DNA from: Myxococcota bacterium
Lineage (GTDB): Bacteria > Myxococcota_A > SURF-8 > G963663525
NCBI GenBank assembly: GCA_963676915.2
Contig: CAXXVK010000010.1
Coordinates: 64,001-128,000, forward strand
Length of the DNA stretch: 64,000 nt
Reading direction: 5' to 3'
Part shown: piece after piece, positions 23,703 to 34,326 of the stretch
How the letters are laid out: every line of letters starts with the position of its first letter
How positions within the stretch are numbered: the first letter of the stretch is position 1
The notes under the pieces: generated by a model
Told to the model about the DNA's origin: nothing
Databases searched by the model: none
What the model saw: the letters and a program-made list of their open reading frames with translations, nothing else
Translations under genes and position numbers: made by a program

Positions 23703-24323
23703 ATGTCCGGTTTGAAAGTATACGACTTGGAAAAGAACGAAGTGGGTTCCGTTGATCTGTCCGACGACGTGTTCGGTGTCGAGGTCAACCCCAATTTGTT
23801 TTACGATGTGGTTCGTGCGCAGCTGGCTTCCAGACGACAAGGAACGCATCAGACGAAAACCCGTCGCGACGTGAAGCATTCGACGAAAAAGCTTTATCGT
23901 CAAAAAGGTACGGGTCGCGCACGTCACGGTATGATCTCCTCGCCCACGATGCGTGGTGGTGGTACCGTTTTTGGTCCGCATCCTCGGGATTACAGCTATC
24001 GTCCCCCCGCAAAAATGCGTAAAGGCGCGCTCAGAAGTGCCTTGGCGATGAAGCTGAACGACGGGCAGATCACCATTTTGGACAGCTTCGAGTTGGCCGA
24101 AATCAAAACGAAAAAAGTTGTCGATGTTATGGCGACTTTCGGTTGGAAACGTCCGTTGATCGTGGATGAAGAGAATTTCAAACTGCGTAAATCCGTATCC
24201 AACCTGCAAAAAGCAAACCTGCTTCCGCCGGTCGGTCTCAATGTTTACGATGTTCTCAAACACGATGAACTGGTTCTGACGCGCAAAGCCCTGGAAGCGG
24301 TGGAAGGAGCTTTGAAGCCATGA
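23703..24323 (+). CDS. rplD: 50S ribosomal protein L4
   Basis: RQGTHQTK, RQKGTGRARHG and GGGTVFGP motifs. Confidence 0.98.
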   Translation: MSGLKVYDLEKNEVGSVDLSDDVFGVEVNPNLFYDVVRAQLASRRQGTHQTKTRRDVKHSTKKLYRQKGTGRARHGMISSPTMRGGGTVFGPHPRDYSYRPPAKMRKGALRSALAMKLNDGQITILDSFELAEIKTKKVVDVMATFGWKRPLIVDEENFKLRKSVSNLQKANLLPPVGLNVYDVLKHDELVLTRKALEAVEGALKP

Positions 24324-24613
24324 AAAGGTCAAGCGAAGATATTTTGCTTCGTCCCTTGCTGACTGAAAAGGCCATGCTCGGGCAGGAAGAAGGCAACCGG
24401 TATTACTTCGAAGTTCGCAAAGACGCGAACAAGCTCGAAGTCAAAAAGGCTGTCGAGAAAATGTTCGAAGTTCGGGTGACGAAGGTCAACACCATGCTGG
24501 TTCCGGGAAAATGGAAACGGCTGGGCATGTTCAGAGGCCGCGGCGGTAGCTGGAAAAAAGCCGTTGTGACTTTGCATGAGGGCGATGTCATTGAACTGTA
24601 CGAGGGAGTCTGA
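24320..24613 (+). CDS. rplW: 50S ribosomal protein L23
   Basis: PLLTEK, ANKLEVKKAVE and WKKAVVTL motifs. Confidence 0.97.
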   Translation: MKRSSEDILLRPLLTEKAMLGQEEGNRYYFEVRKDANKLEVKKAVEKMFEVRVTKVNTMLVPGKWKRLGMFRGRGGSWKKAVVTLHEGDVIELYEGV

Positions 24614-24626
24614 TTAGGAGACAACC

Positions 24627-25454
24627 ATGGGAATCAAGAAATACAAACCCACGTCCACCGGACGGCGAAACATGTCGGTTTCGGATTTTGCCGAAATTAC
24701 GACCGATACGCCGCACAAGCCGCTTTTAGCGCCGCTGAATAAAAAATCCGGTCGGAACAATGCCGGACGCATTTCCGTCCGACGTCGTGGTGGCGGAGTC
24801 AAGCAGCGTTATCGCATTATCGATTTCAAACGTGACAAAATCGACGTGCCTGCAAAGGTAGCGACCATAGAATACGATCCGAATCGTTCGGCTCGAATCG
24901 CTCTTTTGCATTACGCCGATGGCGAGAAACGTTACATTCTCGCTCCGGATAAAATCAAGGTCGGCGATTCCGTGGTTTCCAGCTCGGAAGCTGATATTCT
25001 TCCCGGCAACTGTTTGCCGCTCATCAACATTCCTTTGGGTACCATCGTTCACAACGTCGAGATGAAACCCGAAAAGGGTGGACAGATGGCCCGTTCGGCC
25101 GGAACGAGCGTTCAGTTGATGGCGAAAGAAGGCAAATACGCGGCGTTGAGACTGCCCTCCGGCGAAGTTCGTCAGGTGCTGCAGCGCTGCCGGGCCACCA
25201 TCGGCAATGTGGGCAATGGCTCTCATTCCAACATTCGGCGCGGTAAAGCCGGTAACTCTCGATGGCGCGGCATTCGTCCGAGTGTTCGCGGTGTCGTGAT
25301 GAACCCGGTCGATCACCCCCACGGTGGTGGTGAAGGACGTACCTCCGGTGGTCGTCATCCGGTCACCCCCTGGGGCGTTCCGACCAAGGGTAAAAAGACT
25401 CGTAAGAATCATCGTTCGGATAAATATATCATTCGGCGGCGTGGCAAGAAATAA
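24627..25454 (+). CDS. rplB: 50S ribosomal protein L2
   Basis: [13 protein letters not shown] and [18 protein letters not shown] motifs. Confidence 0.99.
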   Translation: MGIKKYKPTSTGRRNMSVSDFAEITTDTPHKPLLAPLNKKSGRNNAGRISVRRRGGGVKQRYRIIDFKRDKIDVPAKVATIEYDPNRSARIALLHYADGEKRYILAPDKIKVGDSVVSSSEADILPGNCLPLINIPLGTIVHNVEMKPEKGGQMARSAGTSVQLMAKEGKYAALRLPSGEVRQVLQRCRATIGNVGNGSHSNIRRGKAGNSRWRGIRPSVRGVVMNPVDHPHGGGEGRTSGGRHPVTPWGVPTKGKKTRKNHRSDKYIIRRRGKK

Positions 25455-25498
25455 TCGTTTTTTGCACCCCGGACAACCTTAAACAAGGGAGCTTGAAG

Positions 25499-25774
25499 GT
25501 GTCTCGTTCGATCAAAAAAGGTCCGTTTATCGACGATCATCTCGCTCGGAAAGTGCTAAATGCCATCCGAAGCAACGACAAGCGTGTGATCAAAACCTGG
25601 TCGCGTCGCTCGACGATCCTTCCCGAGTTCGTCGGACTGACGTTCGCGGTTCACAATGGCAAAAAATTCATTCCCGTATTCGTGACGGAAAACATGGTCG
25701 GTCACAAACTGGGTGAATTTTCTCCGACACGTATGTTCAAGGGTCACGCCGGCGACAAAAAGTCGAAGCGGTAA
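25499..25774 (+). CDS. rpsS: 30S ribosomal protein S19
   Basis: [17 protein letters not shown] and [13 protein letters not shown] motifs; GTG start at 25499. Confidence 0.98.
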   Translation: MSRSIKKGPFIDDHLARKVLNAIRSNDKRVIKTWSRRSTILPEFVGLTFAVHNGKKFIPVFVTENMVGHKLGEFSPTRMFKGHAGDKKSKR

Positions 25775-25784
25775 GGAGAGCGCG

Positions 25785-26117
25785 ATGGAAGTCAAAGCCA
25801 AACTGAGATATTACCGTATGTCGGCACGAAAAGTGCGATTGGTTGCCGATCTCATTCGTGGCCGCCAGGTGGACGAAGCGGTGAACATTCTCAACTTCAG
25901 TCCTAAAAAAGCGGCCCGGTCGATGGCGAAGCTTATCAATGCCGCCGTTGCCGATGCCGATGAAACCAAGGAACTCGATGTGGATCGCTTGTACGTCAAG
26001 AAGGTCTGGGTCGATGAAGGTCCGACGCTGAAGCGTTTTCGTCCGAGGGCTATGGGGCGCGCCACCCGAATCAGGAAGCGCACCAGTCACGTGACGGTCA
26101 TTTTGGACGAAATGTAA
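25785..26117 (+). CDS. rplV: 50S ribosomal protein L22
   Basis: [14 protein letters not shown] and [18 protein letters not shown] motifs; ATG after AAGGAG. Confidence 0.98.
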   Translation: MEVKAKLRYYRMSARKVRLVADLIRGRQVDEAVNILNFSPKKAARSMAKLINAAVADADETKELDVDRLYVKKVWVDEGPTLKRFRPRAMGRATRIRKRTSHVTVILDEM

Positions 26118-26128
26118 AGGAGGACGCA

Positions 26129-26785
26129 GTGGGTCAGAAAGTCAACCCCATCAGTCTGCGCTTGGGAATCAACCGAACTTGGGATTCCCGCTGGTTTGCG
26201 GAAAAAAATTACGCCCAGTGGCTTCACGAAGATCTTCGCTTGCGTGAGTTCATCAAGAAAGAACTGGAATCTTCCGGTGTCTCGCGGATCGAACTGGAGC
26301 GCGCTCCCGGTCGAGTCAAAGCGACCATCCATTCCGCACGCCCCGGTATTGTAATCGGTAAGGGTGGAACAGGTGTCGAGTTGCTCAAAGCGAAACTTCA
26401 AAAGTTGACGGAATCTAATGTATTCATCAACATCATCGAAGTTCGTAAACCCGAAGCCGATGCTCAGTTGATTTCCGAAGCGATTGCACAGCAGCTTAAA
26501 AAGCGCGTTGCATTCCGTCGGGCGATGAAGAAGGCGATTTCGCAGGCTCAACGTTTCGGCGTAAAGGGAATCAAAGTCATGGTTTCCGGTCGCTTGGGCG
26601 GTGCCGAAATGTCTCGTCAGGAACGGTACATGGAAGGCCGCGTTCCTCTGCACACCCTGCGGGCGGACATCGACTACGGATTTTCCGTTTCGCGCACGAC
26701 TTACGGCGTGATCGGCGTGAAAGTCTGGGTTTACAAAGGCGAAGTGTTTGAAGAGAAGCAAGCGATTCGCAAGCTGCTCTACTGA
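26129..26785 (+). CDS. rpsC: 30S ribosomal protein S3
   Basis: [25 protein letters not shown] and [14 protein letters not shown] motifs. Confidence 0.99.
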   Translation: MGQKVNPISLRLGINRTWDSRWFAEKNYAQWLHEDLRLREFIKKELESSGVSRIELERAPGRVKATIHSARPGIVIGKGGTGVELLKAKLQKLTESNVFINIIEVRKPEADAQLISEAIAQQLKKRVAFRRAMKKAISQAQRFGVKGIKVMVSGRLGGAEMSRQERYMEGRVPLHTLRADIDYGFSVSRTTYGVIGVKVWVYKGEVFEEKQAIRKLLY

Positions 26786-26831
26786 GGAATATACGGCTTC
26801 GGAATGACATTTCCGGGGCGGGAGAAAGATC

Positions 26832-27248
26832 ATGCTGGCTCCAAAAAAAGTCAAATGGCGCAAAGTGCAAAAAGGGAAGATTCGCGGAATGTCGCAGCGT
26901 GGTTGTGATGTTTCCTTCGGGGATTTTGCGCTTCAGAGCATCGGCCGTGGATGGATTACCGCCCGGCAGATCGAAGCCGCCCGTATCGCGATGACTCGTC
27001 ACGTCAAGCGTGGTGGACGCATCTGGATTCGGATTTTCCCAGACAAATCCATCACCAAAAAGCCTGCTGAAACCCGTATGGGTAGCGGTAAAGGAACCCC
27101 GGAAGAGTGGGTGGCCGTGATTCGACCCGGCAAGGTGCTTTACGAAATCGAAGGTGTGGAAGAGAGCGTGGCTCGCGAGGCATTTCGCCTGGCTGCTCAC
27201 AAGCTTCCTCTGAAAACGAAATTTATCCGCCGCGCGGATCAGTACTGA
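26832..27248 (+). CDS. rplP: 50S ribosomal protein L16
   Basis: [12 protein letters not shown] and RMGSGKG motifs. Confidence 0.99.
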   Translation: MLAPKKVKWRKVQKGKIRGMSQRGCDVSFGDFALQSIGRGWITARQIEAARIAMTRHVKRGGRIWIRIFPDKSITKKPAETRMGSGKGTPEEWVAVIRPGKVLYEIEGVEESVAREAFRLAAHKLPLKTKFIRRADQY

Positions 27249-27258
27249 GGAGGATGAT

Positions 27259-27477
27259 ATGAAGGCTTCGGAACTGAGAAGCAAGAAGGCGGAAGACCTG
27301 GACAACATGCTGATCGAACTGAAAGAAGAACATTTTCGGCTTCGTTTCCAGCACGCGACGGGTCAGTTGGAAAATCACAGGCGACTGCGGCAGATCAAAA
27401 AAGAAATCGCTCGGTTGCATACCGTGATGAACGAACGAGGAAATGAAAAGGCCGTGGTGGAAACCACGAACGAATAA
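27259..27477 (+). CDS. rpmC: 50S ribosomal protein L29
   Basis: [21 protein letters not shown] and IARLHTV motifs. Confidence 0.97.
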   Translation: MKASELRSKKAEDLDNMLIELKEEHFRLRFQHATGQLENHRRLRQIKKEIARLHTVMNERGNEKAVVETTNE

Positions 27478-27524
27478 GAGTTTTCTGCAAGAATCGAACG
27501 CAGAACAGATAAGGACGGTTTGAA

Positions 27525-27812
27525 ATGGCAGACAACGAAAACACCAAGCAAGAAGTGGTGGTTAAGAGTCACCACAAAGAACTGCTCGGTAAAATCGTTT
27601 CCGACAAAATGGACAAAACGGTGGTCGTCCAGGTGATTCGTCGGTATAAGCACCCGCTGTTCAAAAAGTACGTTTCAAGGCGATTGAAATACAAGGCGCA
27701 TGATGAAACCAATCAGTGCCATGTCGGGGACGATGTGATTATCCAAGAATGTCGACCCATTTCCAAACAAAAGCGTTGGCGCGTAAAAGAGATCACCAAG
27801 AAGGCTCTGTAA
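27525..27812 (+). CDS. rpsQ: 30S ribosomal protein S17
   Basis: [15 protein letters not shown] and [11 protein letters not shown] motifs. Confidence 0.98.
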   Translation: MADNENTKQEVVVKSHHKELLGKIVSDKMDKTVVVQVIRRYKHPLFKKYVSRRLKYKAHDETNQCHVGDDVIIQECRPISKQKRWRVKEITKKAL

Positions 27813-27865
27813 ATTTCTCAGATGCCGATCAACGGTGAAACCTCTCAACGCAAAGGAGCGAAGCG

Positions 27866-28234
27866 ATGATACAGATGCAAACGATTCTCGATGTTGCCGA
27901 CAATTCGGGCGCCAAACGGGTTCAGTGCATCAAGGTTTTGGGTGGCTCGAAGCGAATGTACGCCCGCATCGGCGACGTGATCGTCGTTTCGGTAAAAGAA
28001 GCGCTGCCGAATTCGAAGGTCAAAAAAGGCGATGTGATGAAGGCGGTTGTGGTTCGCACGGCCAAGGAAATCCGCAGACCGAACGGAACCTACATCAAGT
28101 TCGACGACAATTCGGCGGTCTTGATCAATAACGCCAGGGAACCCGTCGGAACCCGTATTTTCGGACCGGTGGCTCGTGAACTGCGAGGGAAGCGATTCAT
28201 GAAGATCATCTCTCTTGCTCCCGAAGTCCTGTAA
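27866..28234 (+). CDS. rplN: 50S ribosomal protein L14
   Basis: [20 protein letters not shown] and ISLAPEVL motifs. Confidence 0.99.
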   Translation: MIQMQTILDVADNSGAKRVQCIKVLGGSKRMYARIGDVIVVSVKEALPNSKVKKGDVMKAVVVRTAKEIRRPNGTYIKFDDNSAVLINNAREPVGTRIFGPVARELRGKRFMKIISLAPEVL

Positions 28235-28248
28235 GCGAGGATGTAACA

Positions 28249-28578
28249 ATGGCGAAGAACACTACTCTTCACGTAAAAAAGGACGACAAAGTCGTCGTGC
28301 TGGCGGGCAAAGAAAAAGGCAACACGGGAAAAGTACTTTACACGTTGCCGAAAAAGAACCGTGTCGCGATCCAGGGCTTGAACCTGATCAAACGACATGC
28401 TCGCCCTTCGGAAAAGAATCCTTCGGGTGGCATCATGGAAAAAGAAGCTCCTATGGATGCCTCGAACGTTGCCCTTCTCTGCCCGAAGTGTGGTGAGAAG
28501 ATTCGTGCCCGGAGGCACGTACTGGCCGACGGTAAAGTGATGCGCAAGTGTCCGGCCTGCAACGAGGTTTATCCATAA
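28249..28578 (+). CDS. rplX: 50S ribosomal protein L24 (CxxC...CxxC type)
   Basis: KOW motif [23 protein letters not shown] and CPAC. Confidence 0.97.
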   Translation: MAKNTTLHVKKDDKVVVLAGKEKGNTGKVLYTLPKKNRVAIQGLNLIKRHARPSEKNPSGGIMEKEAPMDASNVALLCPKCGEKIRARRHVLADGKVMRKCPACNEVYP

Positions 28579-28591
28579 GACGGAGGATGTC

Positions 28592-29131
28592 ATGGCAAGG
28601 CTGAGAGCAGTCTATCAGGAAAAAGTCGTTCCGTTGATGCGGGATGAGTTTAAATATCAGAATCCTATGCAGGTGCCGCGCTTGCAGAAGATCATCGTCA
28701 ACATGGGATTGGGCGAGGCTATCGCCAACCCGAAGATCATCGAATCCGCCGTTGACGAACTTCGCAACATTACCGGTCAACAACCGGTGGTGACCCAGGC
28801 GCGCAAGTCCATCGCACAGTTCAAACTGCGCGAAGGCATGAAAATCGGTGCGAAGGTAACCCTGCGGGGACCGCGCATGTACGAATTTCTCGATCGCCTG
28901 CTCAACGTAGCTCTTCCGCGTGTCCGCGACTTCAAGGGCGTCAGCAACAAGGCGTTCGACGGACGTGGCAACTACACGCTGGGAGTTCGAGAAGAGATCA
29001 TTTTTCCCGAGATCGACTACGATAAAATCGACAAGATCAAGGGGTTGAATATTACAATCGTAACGACAGCCGAAACCGATGATGAGGCGCGTAGGCTGTT
29101 AAAGCACTTTGGAATGCCGTTCAAGAATTGA
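28592..29131 (+). CDS. rplE: 50S ribosomal protein L5
   Basis: [24 protein letters not shown] and FDGRGNY motifs. Confidence 0.99.
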   Translation: MARLRAVYQEKVVPLMRDEFKYQNPMQVPRLQKIIVNMGLGEAIANPKIIESAVDELRNITGQQPVVTQARKSIAQFKLREGMKIGAKVTLRGPRMYEFLDRLLNVALPRVRDFKGVSNKAFDGRGNYTLGVREEIIFPEIDYDKIDKIKGLNITIVTTAETDDEARRLLKHFGMPFKN

Positions 29132-29148
29132 ACGTCAAGGAGGATCAA

Positions 29149-29334
29149 TTGGCCAGAAAAGCATTGAAGGTCAAGGCGAAAAGAAAGCCCAAATTCAAGG
29201 TCCGGGCGTACAATCGCTGCCCGCTATGCGGTCGGTCGAGAGGGTATCACCGGAAGTTTGATATGTGCAGGATCTGCTTGCGAAAGAACGCCTCGAATGG
29301 ATTGATTCCTGGCGTAATCAAGTCGAGCTGGTAA
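29149..29334 (+). CDS. rpsN: 30S ribosomal protein S14, zinc-binding type Z
   Basis: 61 aa from TTG after AAGGAGG; RCPLCGR, MCRIC and PGVIKSSW motifs. Confidence 0.97.
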   Translation: MARKALKVKAKRKPKFKVRAYNRCPLCGRSRGYHRKFDMCRICLRKNASNGLIPGVIKSSW

Positions 29335-29403
29335 TTTTATCACCTGCATGAGAGAACGGTAAAAGGGCTGGAATTCCGGGCCAAGGACTGTGAGGTTTGA
29401 CCG

Positions 29404-29802
29404 ATGACGATGACCGATCCCATCGCGGATATGCTAACGAGAATCCGCAACGCGAATCAAGCCAACCTGAAAAAGGTGGTTTGTCCGGCATCGAAGATAA
29501 AAGCCAATATCCTTGATATTTTCACGCAAGAGGGATTTATCAAAGGATATAAACGCGCCAGCGTAGACGGAAAAGGCGTGCTTGTTATTCTGCTGCGGTA
29601 CTCCGAGGAAAATGTTCCCGTGATTACCGGATTGAAGCGTAACAGCCGTCCCGGACTCCGATACTACGTACGGAAAGACAAAATTCCAAAGGTGCGTAAC
29701 GGTATGGGCTGCGCCGTCATTTCCACAAGCAAGGGAGTGATGAGCGACCGCCAGGCGCGCCGTGCAGATGTCGGCGGTGAAGTACTCTGTTCCATTTGGT
29801 AG
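29404..29802 (+). CDS. rpsH: 30S ribosomal protein S8
   Basis: DPIADMLTRIRNA, SRPGLR and ISTSKGVM motifs. Confidence 0.98.
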   Translation: MTMTDPIADMLTRIRNANQANLKKVVCPASKIKANILDIFTQEGFIKGYKRASVDGKGVLVILLRYSEENVPVITGLKRNSRPGLRYYVRKDKIPKVRNGMGCAVISTSKGVMSDRQARRADVGGEVLCSIW

Positions 29803-29817
29803 AAAGGCGGGCGAGGA

Positions 29818-30363
29818 ATGTCACGCATCGGAAAGCTACCGATTCCCTTGCCTCCTAAGGTTGAGGCCAAGGTGGACGGCAATATGGTTTCGATCAAAGG
29901 GCCATTCGGAGAACTCCAACGAGAGATCCGGCCTGATGTCGAAGTGAAGATTGAAGGCAAAGAGATCGTCTGCATCCGTAAGGGTGAAGATCGACAATCC
30001 GGTGCCTATCACGGACTGTATCGTGCACTGATCAACAATATGGTCGTGGGCGTATCCGAGAAGTTCAAAAAAGAACTGTCCGTGGTCGGTGTTGGATACA
30101 AAGTCGAACTCAAGGGACGTGAAATCCACTTGCAGGTGGGCTATTCCCATCCGGTGGTGTTTCCGCTTCCCAAGGGTGTAGACGCCGAAGTCGATCCCAA
30201 GGCGCTGACGATCACGCTGACGTCGATCGATAAGGAAATGCTTGGACAGACAGCGGCCAATATCCGCAAGATCCGTCCCCCGGAACCCTACAAGGGCAAG
30301 GGAATTCGCTATAAAGACGAGTACGTGCGACAGAAGGCCGGTAAAGCCGGAGCCAGAGGATAA
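29818..30363 (+). CDS. rplF: 50S ribosomal protein L6
   Basis: MSRIGKLP, GVGY and RPPEPYKGKGIRY motifs. Confidence 0.99.
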   Translation: MSRIGKLPIPLPPKVEAKVDGNMVSIKGPFGELQREIRPDVEVKIEGKEIVCIRKGEDRQSGAYHGLYRALINNMVVGVSEKFKKELSVVGVGYKVELKGREIHLQVGYSHPVVFPLPKGVDAEVDPKALTITLTSIDKEMLGQTAANIRKIRPPEPYKGKGIRYKDEYVRQKAGKAGARG

Positions 30364-30399
30364 CCCGCGCGTCATTGGAATCATACGTCGGAGGATGGT

Positions 30400-30951
30400 A
30401 TGGGCCGACTGACTAAAAAACAGGAAATGCGCATCGCCCGGAAAAAACGGGTTCGCCGCAAAGTGTCGGGAACGACGGAACGACCGCGCATGTCGGTTTT
30501 CCGGAGCATCAAAGAAACCTACGTTCAGGTGATCGACGATACGAACGCCAAAACGCTGGTTTCCGTTTCGAGCCTGGAGAAAACGCTTCAGGAAGAAATG
30601 AAGAAGATCCGGGAAGAATGGCAGAACGGTGCCGCTGCTCGGGCCGAAAAGCGTGAAAAAGCCTTGGCGGAAGCGCAGGCCCAAGAAGAAGCACTTGCTA
30701 AAAAGGCTTCGAAAAAAGGCAAAAAGAAGAAAAAAGGACAGGACAAGCCAGCTGCGGCTCCCAAGAAAAAGGGCGGTCCTGTCAACGAAACCCTCAATAC
30801 GAAGATCGGCGCTTTGGTTGGGCAAATCATCGCCAAGCGCTGCCTCGAGCAGGGAATCGAAAAAGTTTCTTTCGATACCAATGGGTATCGCTACCATGGC
30901 CGGGTTCGCGCCCTGGCCGAAGGCGCTCGCAAAGCCGGGTTGAAATTGTAA
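30400..30951 (+). CDS. rplR: 50S ribosomal protein L18 with a large internal insertion
   Basis: [18 protein letters not shown] and [20 protein letters not shown] motifs; 183 aa. Confidence 0.96.
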   Translation: MGRLTKKQEMRIARKKRVRRKVSGTTERPRMSVFRSIKETYVQVIDDTNAKTLVSVSSLEKTLQEEMKKIREEWQNGAAARAEKREKALAEAQAQEEALAKKASKKGKKKKKGQDKPAAAPKKKGGPVNETLNTKIGALVGQIIAKRCLEQGIEKVSFDTNGYRYHGRVRALAEGARKAGLKL

Positions 30952-30984
30952 ACAGCGGTTTAAAGCCGAACCAAGGAGAAAACC

Positions 30985-31500
30985 GTGGTAGACAGAAGGT
31001 TTAAGGACAATCAGTCCCAGGATGAATTCACCGATCGGATCATTCACCTCAACCGGGTGGCTAAGGTCGTCAAGGGTGGTCGTCGCTTTTCGTTCAGTGC
31101 TGTAGTCGTCGTGGGTGACGGAAACGGTCGCGTCGGAATCGGCAAAGGAAAAGCCCGCGAAGTTCCCGAAGCCATTCGCAAGGGTAGCGAACAAGCCAAG
31201 CGCAATCTGATTCAGGTGCCGCTTGTCAATGAGACGATCCCTCACGCGATCGAAGCTCGTTTCGGATCTGCGAAAGTCGTGCTGAAGCCGGCTTCTCCCG
31301 GTACGGGAATCATCGCAGGATCGGCGGTTCGCTTGATTCTGGAAGCTGCAGGAATTCCGAACATTCTTTCGAAGATCATCGGTTCCAGGAATCCGCACAA
31401 CGTGTCCAAAGCCACGATGATTGGATTGCAAAACTTGACGACGATCGAAGAATACGCCAAAAAGCTGGGACGCTCGAAGGAAGAATTTATCGAATCGTGA
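30985..31500 (+). CDS. rpsE: 30S ribosomal protein S5
   Basis: [15 protein letters not shown] and [11 protein letters not shown] motifs. Confidence 0.99.
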   Translation: MVDRRFKDNQSQDEFTDRIIHLNRVAKVVKGGRRFSFSAVVVVGDGNGRVGIGKGKAREVPEAIRKGSEQAKRNLIQVPLVNETIPHAIEARFGSAKVVLKPASPGTGIIAGSAVRLILEAAGIPNILSKIIGSRNPHNVSKATMIGLQNLTTIEEYAKKLGRSKEEFIES

Positions 31501-31531
31501 TTTCCTTTCGGGTTTCTTAAGGAGAAGGACC

Positions 31532-31774
31532 ATGCCGGGCATCAAAGTGAAGCTCATTCGCAGCTATAGCGGACGAACGGAAAAACAGAAAGCGACCTTA
31601 CTGGGTTTGGGACTCAAACGCATCGGTCAGGAAGTTCTGTTGCGCGATACGGCGCCGATCCGTGGAATGCTGTTCAAAGTGCAACATATGCTGGAGATCG
31701 AAGCCGTCGAACAGACGCCGCCGGTGCGCAGGCGTCCGGGCCGACCGGGCCGTAAAGACAAATTGGAGGGTTAG
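31532..31774 (+). CDS. rpmD: 50S ribosomal protein L30 with a C-terminal tail
   Basis: IKVKLIRS, TLLGLGLKRI and IRGMLFKVQHM motifs; lies between rpsE and rplO. Confidence 0.95.
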   Translation: MPGIKVKLIRSYSGRTEKQKATLLGLGLKRIGQEVLLRDTAPIRGMLFKVQHMLEIEAVEQTPPVRRRPGRPGRKDKLEG

Positions 31775-31778
31775 TCCG

Positions 31779-32282
31779 ATGAAACTGCACGAAATCCCAA
31801 AACCCAAGGGAGCGACGAAAAACCGCAAACGGATCGGTCGCGGAATCGGGTCCGGTCACGGAAAAACGTCGGGTAAAGGTCAAAAAGGCCAGCGTTCCCG
31901 TGCGGGTTACAAAGACAAACCGGCCAACGAAGGTGGACAGATGCCTTTGAATCGGCGTTTGCCGAAATTCGGTTTCGTCAATATTTTCCGCAAGGAATAC
32001 AACGAGATCAACCTCTACAGGCTCGCGGATTTCGGGATGGAATACCTGGACGCGATTGCCCTTTACGAGGCGGGAAAAATTCGTCAGATCAAAGACGGAG
32101 TCAAACTGCTCGGCTCTGGAGAAATCGATCGTCCGATTCACTGTGTGGTGAGCCTGGCGACGAAATCCGCTCGCGAGAAGATCGAAAAAGCCGGTGGAAG
32201 CGTGGTCGAGCTGGGACGTGGCGAACAAGTCCCCGAAGACTGGGAAGCGAAAATCGGTCGAAATCCTGTCGAGGGTGAATGA
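31779..32282 (+). CDS. rplO: 50S ribosomal protein L15
   Basis: RIGRGIGSGHGKTSGKGQKGQ, EGGQMPLNRRLPKFGF and KIEKAGG motifs. Confidence 0.98.
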   Translation: MKLHEIPKPKGATKNRKRIGRGIGSGHGKTSGKGQKGQRSRAGYKDKPANEGGQMPLNRRLPKFGFVNIFRKEYNEINLYRLADFGMEYLDAIALYEAGKIRQIKDGVKLLGSGEIDRPIHCVVSLATKSAREKIEKAGGSVVELGRGEQVPEDWEAKIGRNPVEGE

Positions 32283-32306
32283 GCCGTAGGATGTAAGGAG
32301 TAAGCT

Positions 32307-33635
32307 GTGGCTACCAGTTTCGGTAACATTGCAAGGATCCCAGAACTCAAACGGCGGATTTTCTTTACACTCGCGCTCCTCGCCGTTTTCCGGGTCGGTA
32401 TCTTCATTACCACTCCGGGTGTCAACCGCGTGGCGATGTCCGAGTACATCGGTACGGCGGGCGGCGGTCTTTTCGGACTGTTCAACATGTTCACCGGCGG
32501 CGCTATGCAGCAGGTGTCCGTGTTTTCGTTGGGTATCATGCCCTACATTTCGTCTTCCATTATCTTGCAGCTGTTGACGGTCATGTGGCCATGGCTGGCA
32601 CAGTTGAAGAAAGAAGGCGAAGCCGGACGGGCGAAAATCACCCAGTACACACGGTACGGTACGATTTTCCTGTCGGTTGTCCAATCGTCGGCCATTGCCG
32701 TATGGTTGGAATCGCTGAAAGTCGGTTCCATGCCGGTTGTGGACCCCGAAATGACGGGTTGGGGCTTCCGAATCATGACCATCATTTCGATGACAGCCGG
32801 TACCGCCTTCCTGATGTGGTTGGGCGAGCAGATTACCGAGCGTGGTATCGGAAACGGCATTTCGTTGATCATCTTTGCCGGTATCGTAGCTGGAATTCCT
32901 CGTGCGATCAGTTCTACCGTCGATTTCGTTCGCGGTGGACAGCTTACCCCGCTGGCGCTGCTGTTCCTGGCCGTCCTGATGGTGGTTGTCATTCTGGCGA
33001 TCGTCTTCGTGGAGCGTTCTCAACGTAGAATTCCGGTGCAGTACGCAAAGCGTGTCATCGGGCGAAAACAATACGGTGGTCAGTCCACTCACCTGCCGTT
33101 ACGGGTGAATACGGCTGGTGTTATTCCGCCGATTTTCGCAAGTTCGATCATTATGTTCCCGGCGACGATGGCTCAGTTTATCGATCATCCGATCGTCCAG
33201 AACATTCAAAACGCTTTGACTCCCGGAACCTGGGTGTATAACAGTATTTACGTGGCCTTGATCATTTTCTTTGCCTTCTTCTATACGGCGGTTCAGTTCG
33301 ACCCGATGGACGTGGCGGAGAATATGAAAAAGAACGGTGGATACATTCCTGGTATCCGACCCGGCAAGAAAACGGCGGATTACATCGACAACGTGTTGTC
33401 GAGAATCACCGTGTTCGGTTCGATTTATCTGGCGATCGTCTGCGTGCTGCCGATGTTTCTCCAGAGAGGGTTGAACGTTCCGTTCTGGTTCGGTGGAACG
33501 GCGATTCTGATCGTCGTCGGTGTGGCGCTTGATACCAGCAGCCAGATCGAGTCCCACCTGATCACACGACATTACGATGGGTTGTCTGGTGCGCGAGGGC
33601 CACGGATTCGTGGTCGCCGAAGCAGCACTCGTTGA
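32307..33635 (+). CDS. secY: Preprotein translocase subunit SecY
   Basis: [29 protein letters not shown] and IPGIRPG motifs; about 10 TM helices. Confidence 0.99.
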   Translation: MATSFGNIARIPELKRRIFFTLALLAVFRVGIFITTPGVNRVAMSEYIGTAGGGLFGLFNMFTGGAMQQVSVFSLGIMPYISSSIILQLLTVMWPWLAQLKKEGEAGRAKITQYTRYGTIFLSVVQSSAIAVWLESLKVGSMPVVDPEMTGWGFRIMTIISMTAGTAFLMWLGEQITERGIGNGISLIIFAGIVAGIPRAISSTVDFVRGGQLTPLALLFLAVLMVVVILAIVFVERSQRRIPVQYAKRVIGRKQYGGQSTHLPLRVNTAGVIPPIFASSIIMFPATMAQFIDHPIVQNIQNALTPGTWVYNSIYVALIIFFAFFYTAVQFDPMDVAENMKKNGGYIPGIRPGKKTADYIDNVLSRITVFGSIYLAIVCVLPMFLQRGLNVPFWFGGTAILIVVGVALDTSSQIESHLITRHYDGLSGARGPRIRGRRSSTR

Positions 33636-33674
33636 TGAGTTGACTAGGGAAGGTAAGTCAAAGGAGCGTTTGCA

Positions 33675-34322
33675 ATGAATCTGATCTTTTTGGGACCGCC
33701 AGGGGCCGGCAAAGGAACGCAGGCCAAGAAAATCATCACCCGTTACGATATTCCGCAAATTTCCACCGGTGACATGCTTCGTGCCGCGGTGAAAGCCGGA
33801 ACCGAGTTGGGCAAAGAAGCCGAAGCTTACATGAAAGCCGGAAAGCTCGTTACGGATGAAATCGTGATCGGTTTGATCGAGGAAAGACTGCAACAGGACG
33901 ATTGCGGAAAAGGCTTTTTGCTGGACGGATTTCCCCGGACGGTCAGCCAGGCGGACGCTCTGTCCGGCGTGCTGGAAAAACTGGGCAAAAAACTGGAGCA
34001 TGTCGTGTGTCTCAAGGTGCCTGATGAAGAACTGATGAAGCGCCTTACGGGTCGCCGCGTGTGCCGCGCCTGTGGTGAAGAATATCACGTGATCTTCAAG
34101 CCGATCCCCGAGGACGGCAATTGCGCCAAATGCGGCAGCGACGACATTTACCAGCGCACGGATGATAATGAAGAAACCATCGGCAATCGTCTGGAAGTGT
34201 ATCACAACCAGACCAAGCCGTTGATCGACTACTACGACGAACGCGGTTTCCTGCGCCTTATCGACGGTCTTGGTGCCATCGATGATATTCACGGGCGTGT
34301 CCGAAGCGCGTTGGAAGGATAA
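33675..34322 (+). CDS. adk: Adenylate kinase (zinc LID)
   Basis: GPPGAGKGTQ, ISTGDMLR, LLDGFPRT and CRAC...CAKC motifs. Confidence 0.98.
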   Translation: MNLIFLGPPGAGKGTQAKKIITRYDIPQISTGDMLRAAVKAGTELGKEAEAYMKAGKLVTDEIVIGLIEERLQQDDCGKGFLLDGFPRTVSQADALSGVLEKLGKKLEHVVCLKVPDEELMKRLTGRRVCRACGEEYHVIFKPIPEDGNCAKCGSDDIYQRTDDNEETIGNRLEVYHNQTKPLIDYYDERGFLRLIDGLGAIDDIHGRVRSALEG

Positions 34323-34326
34323 GATT

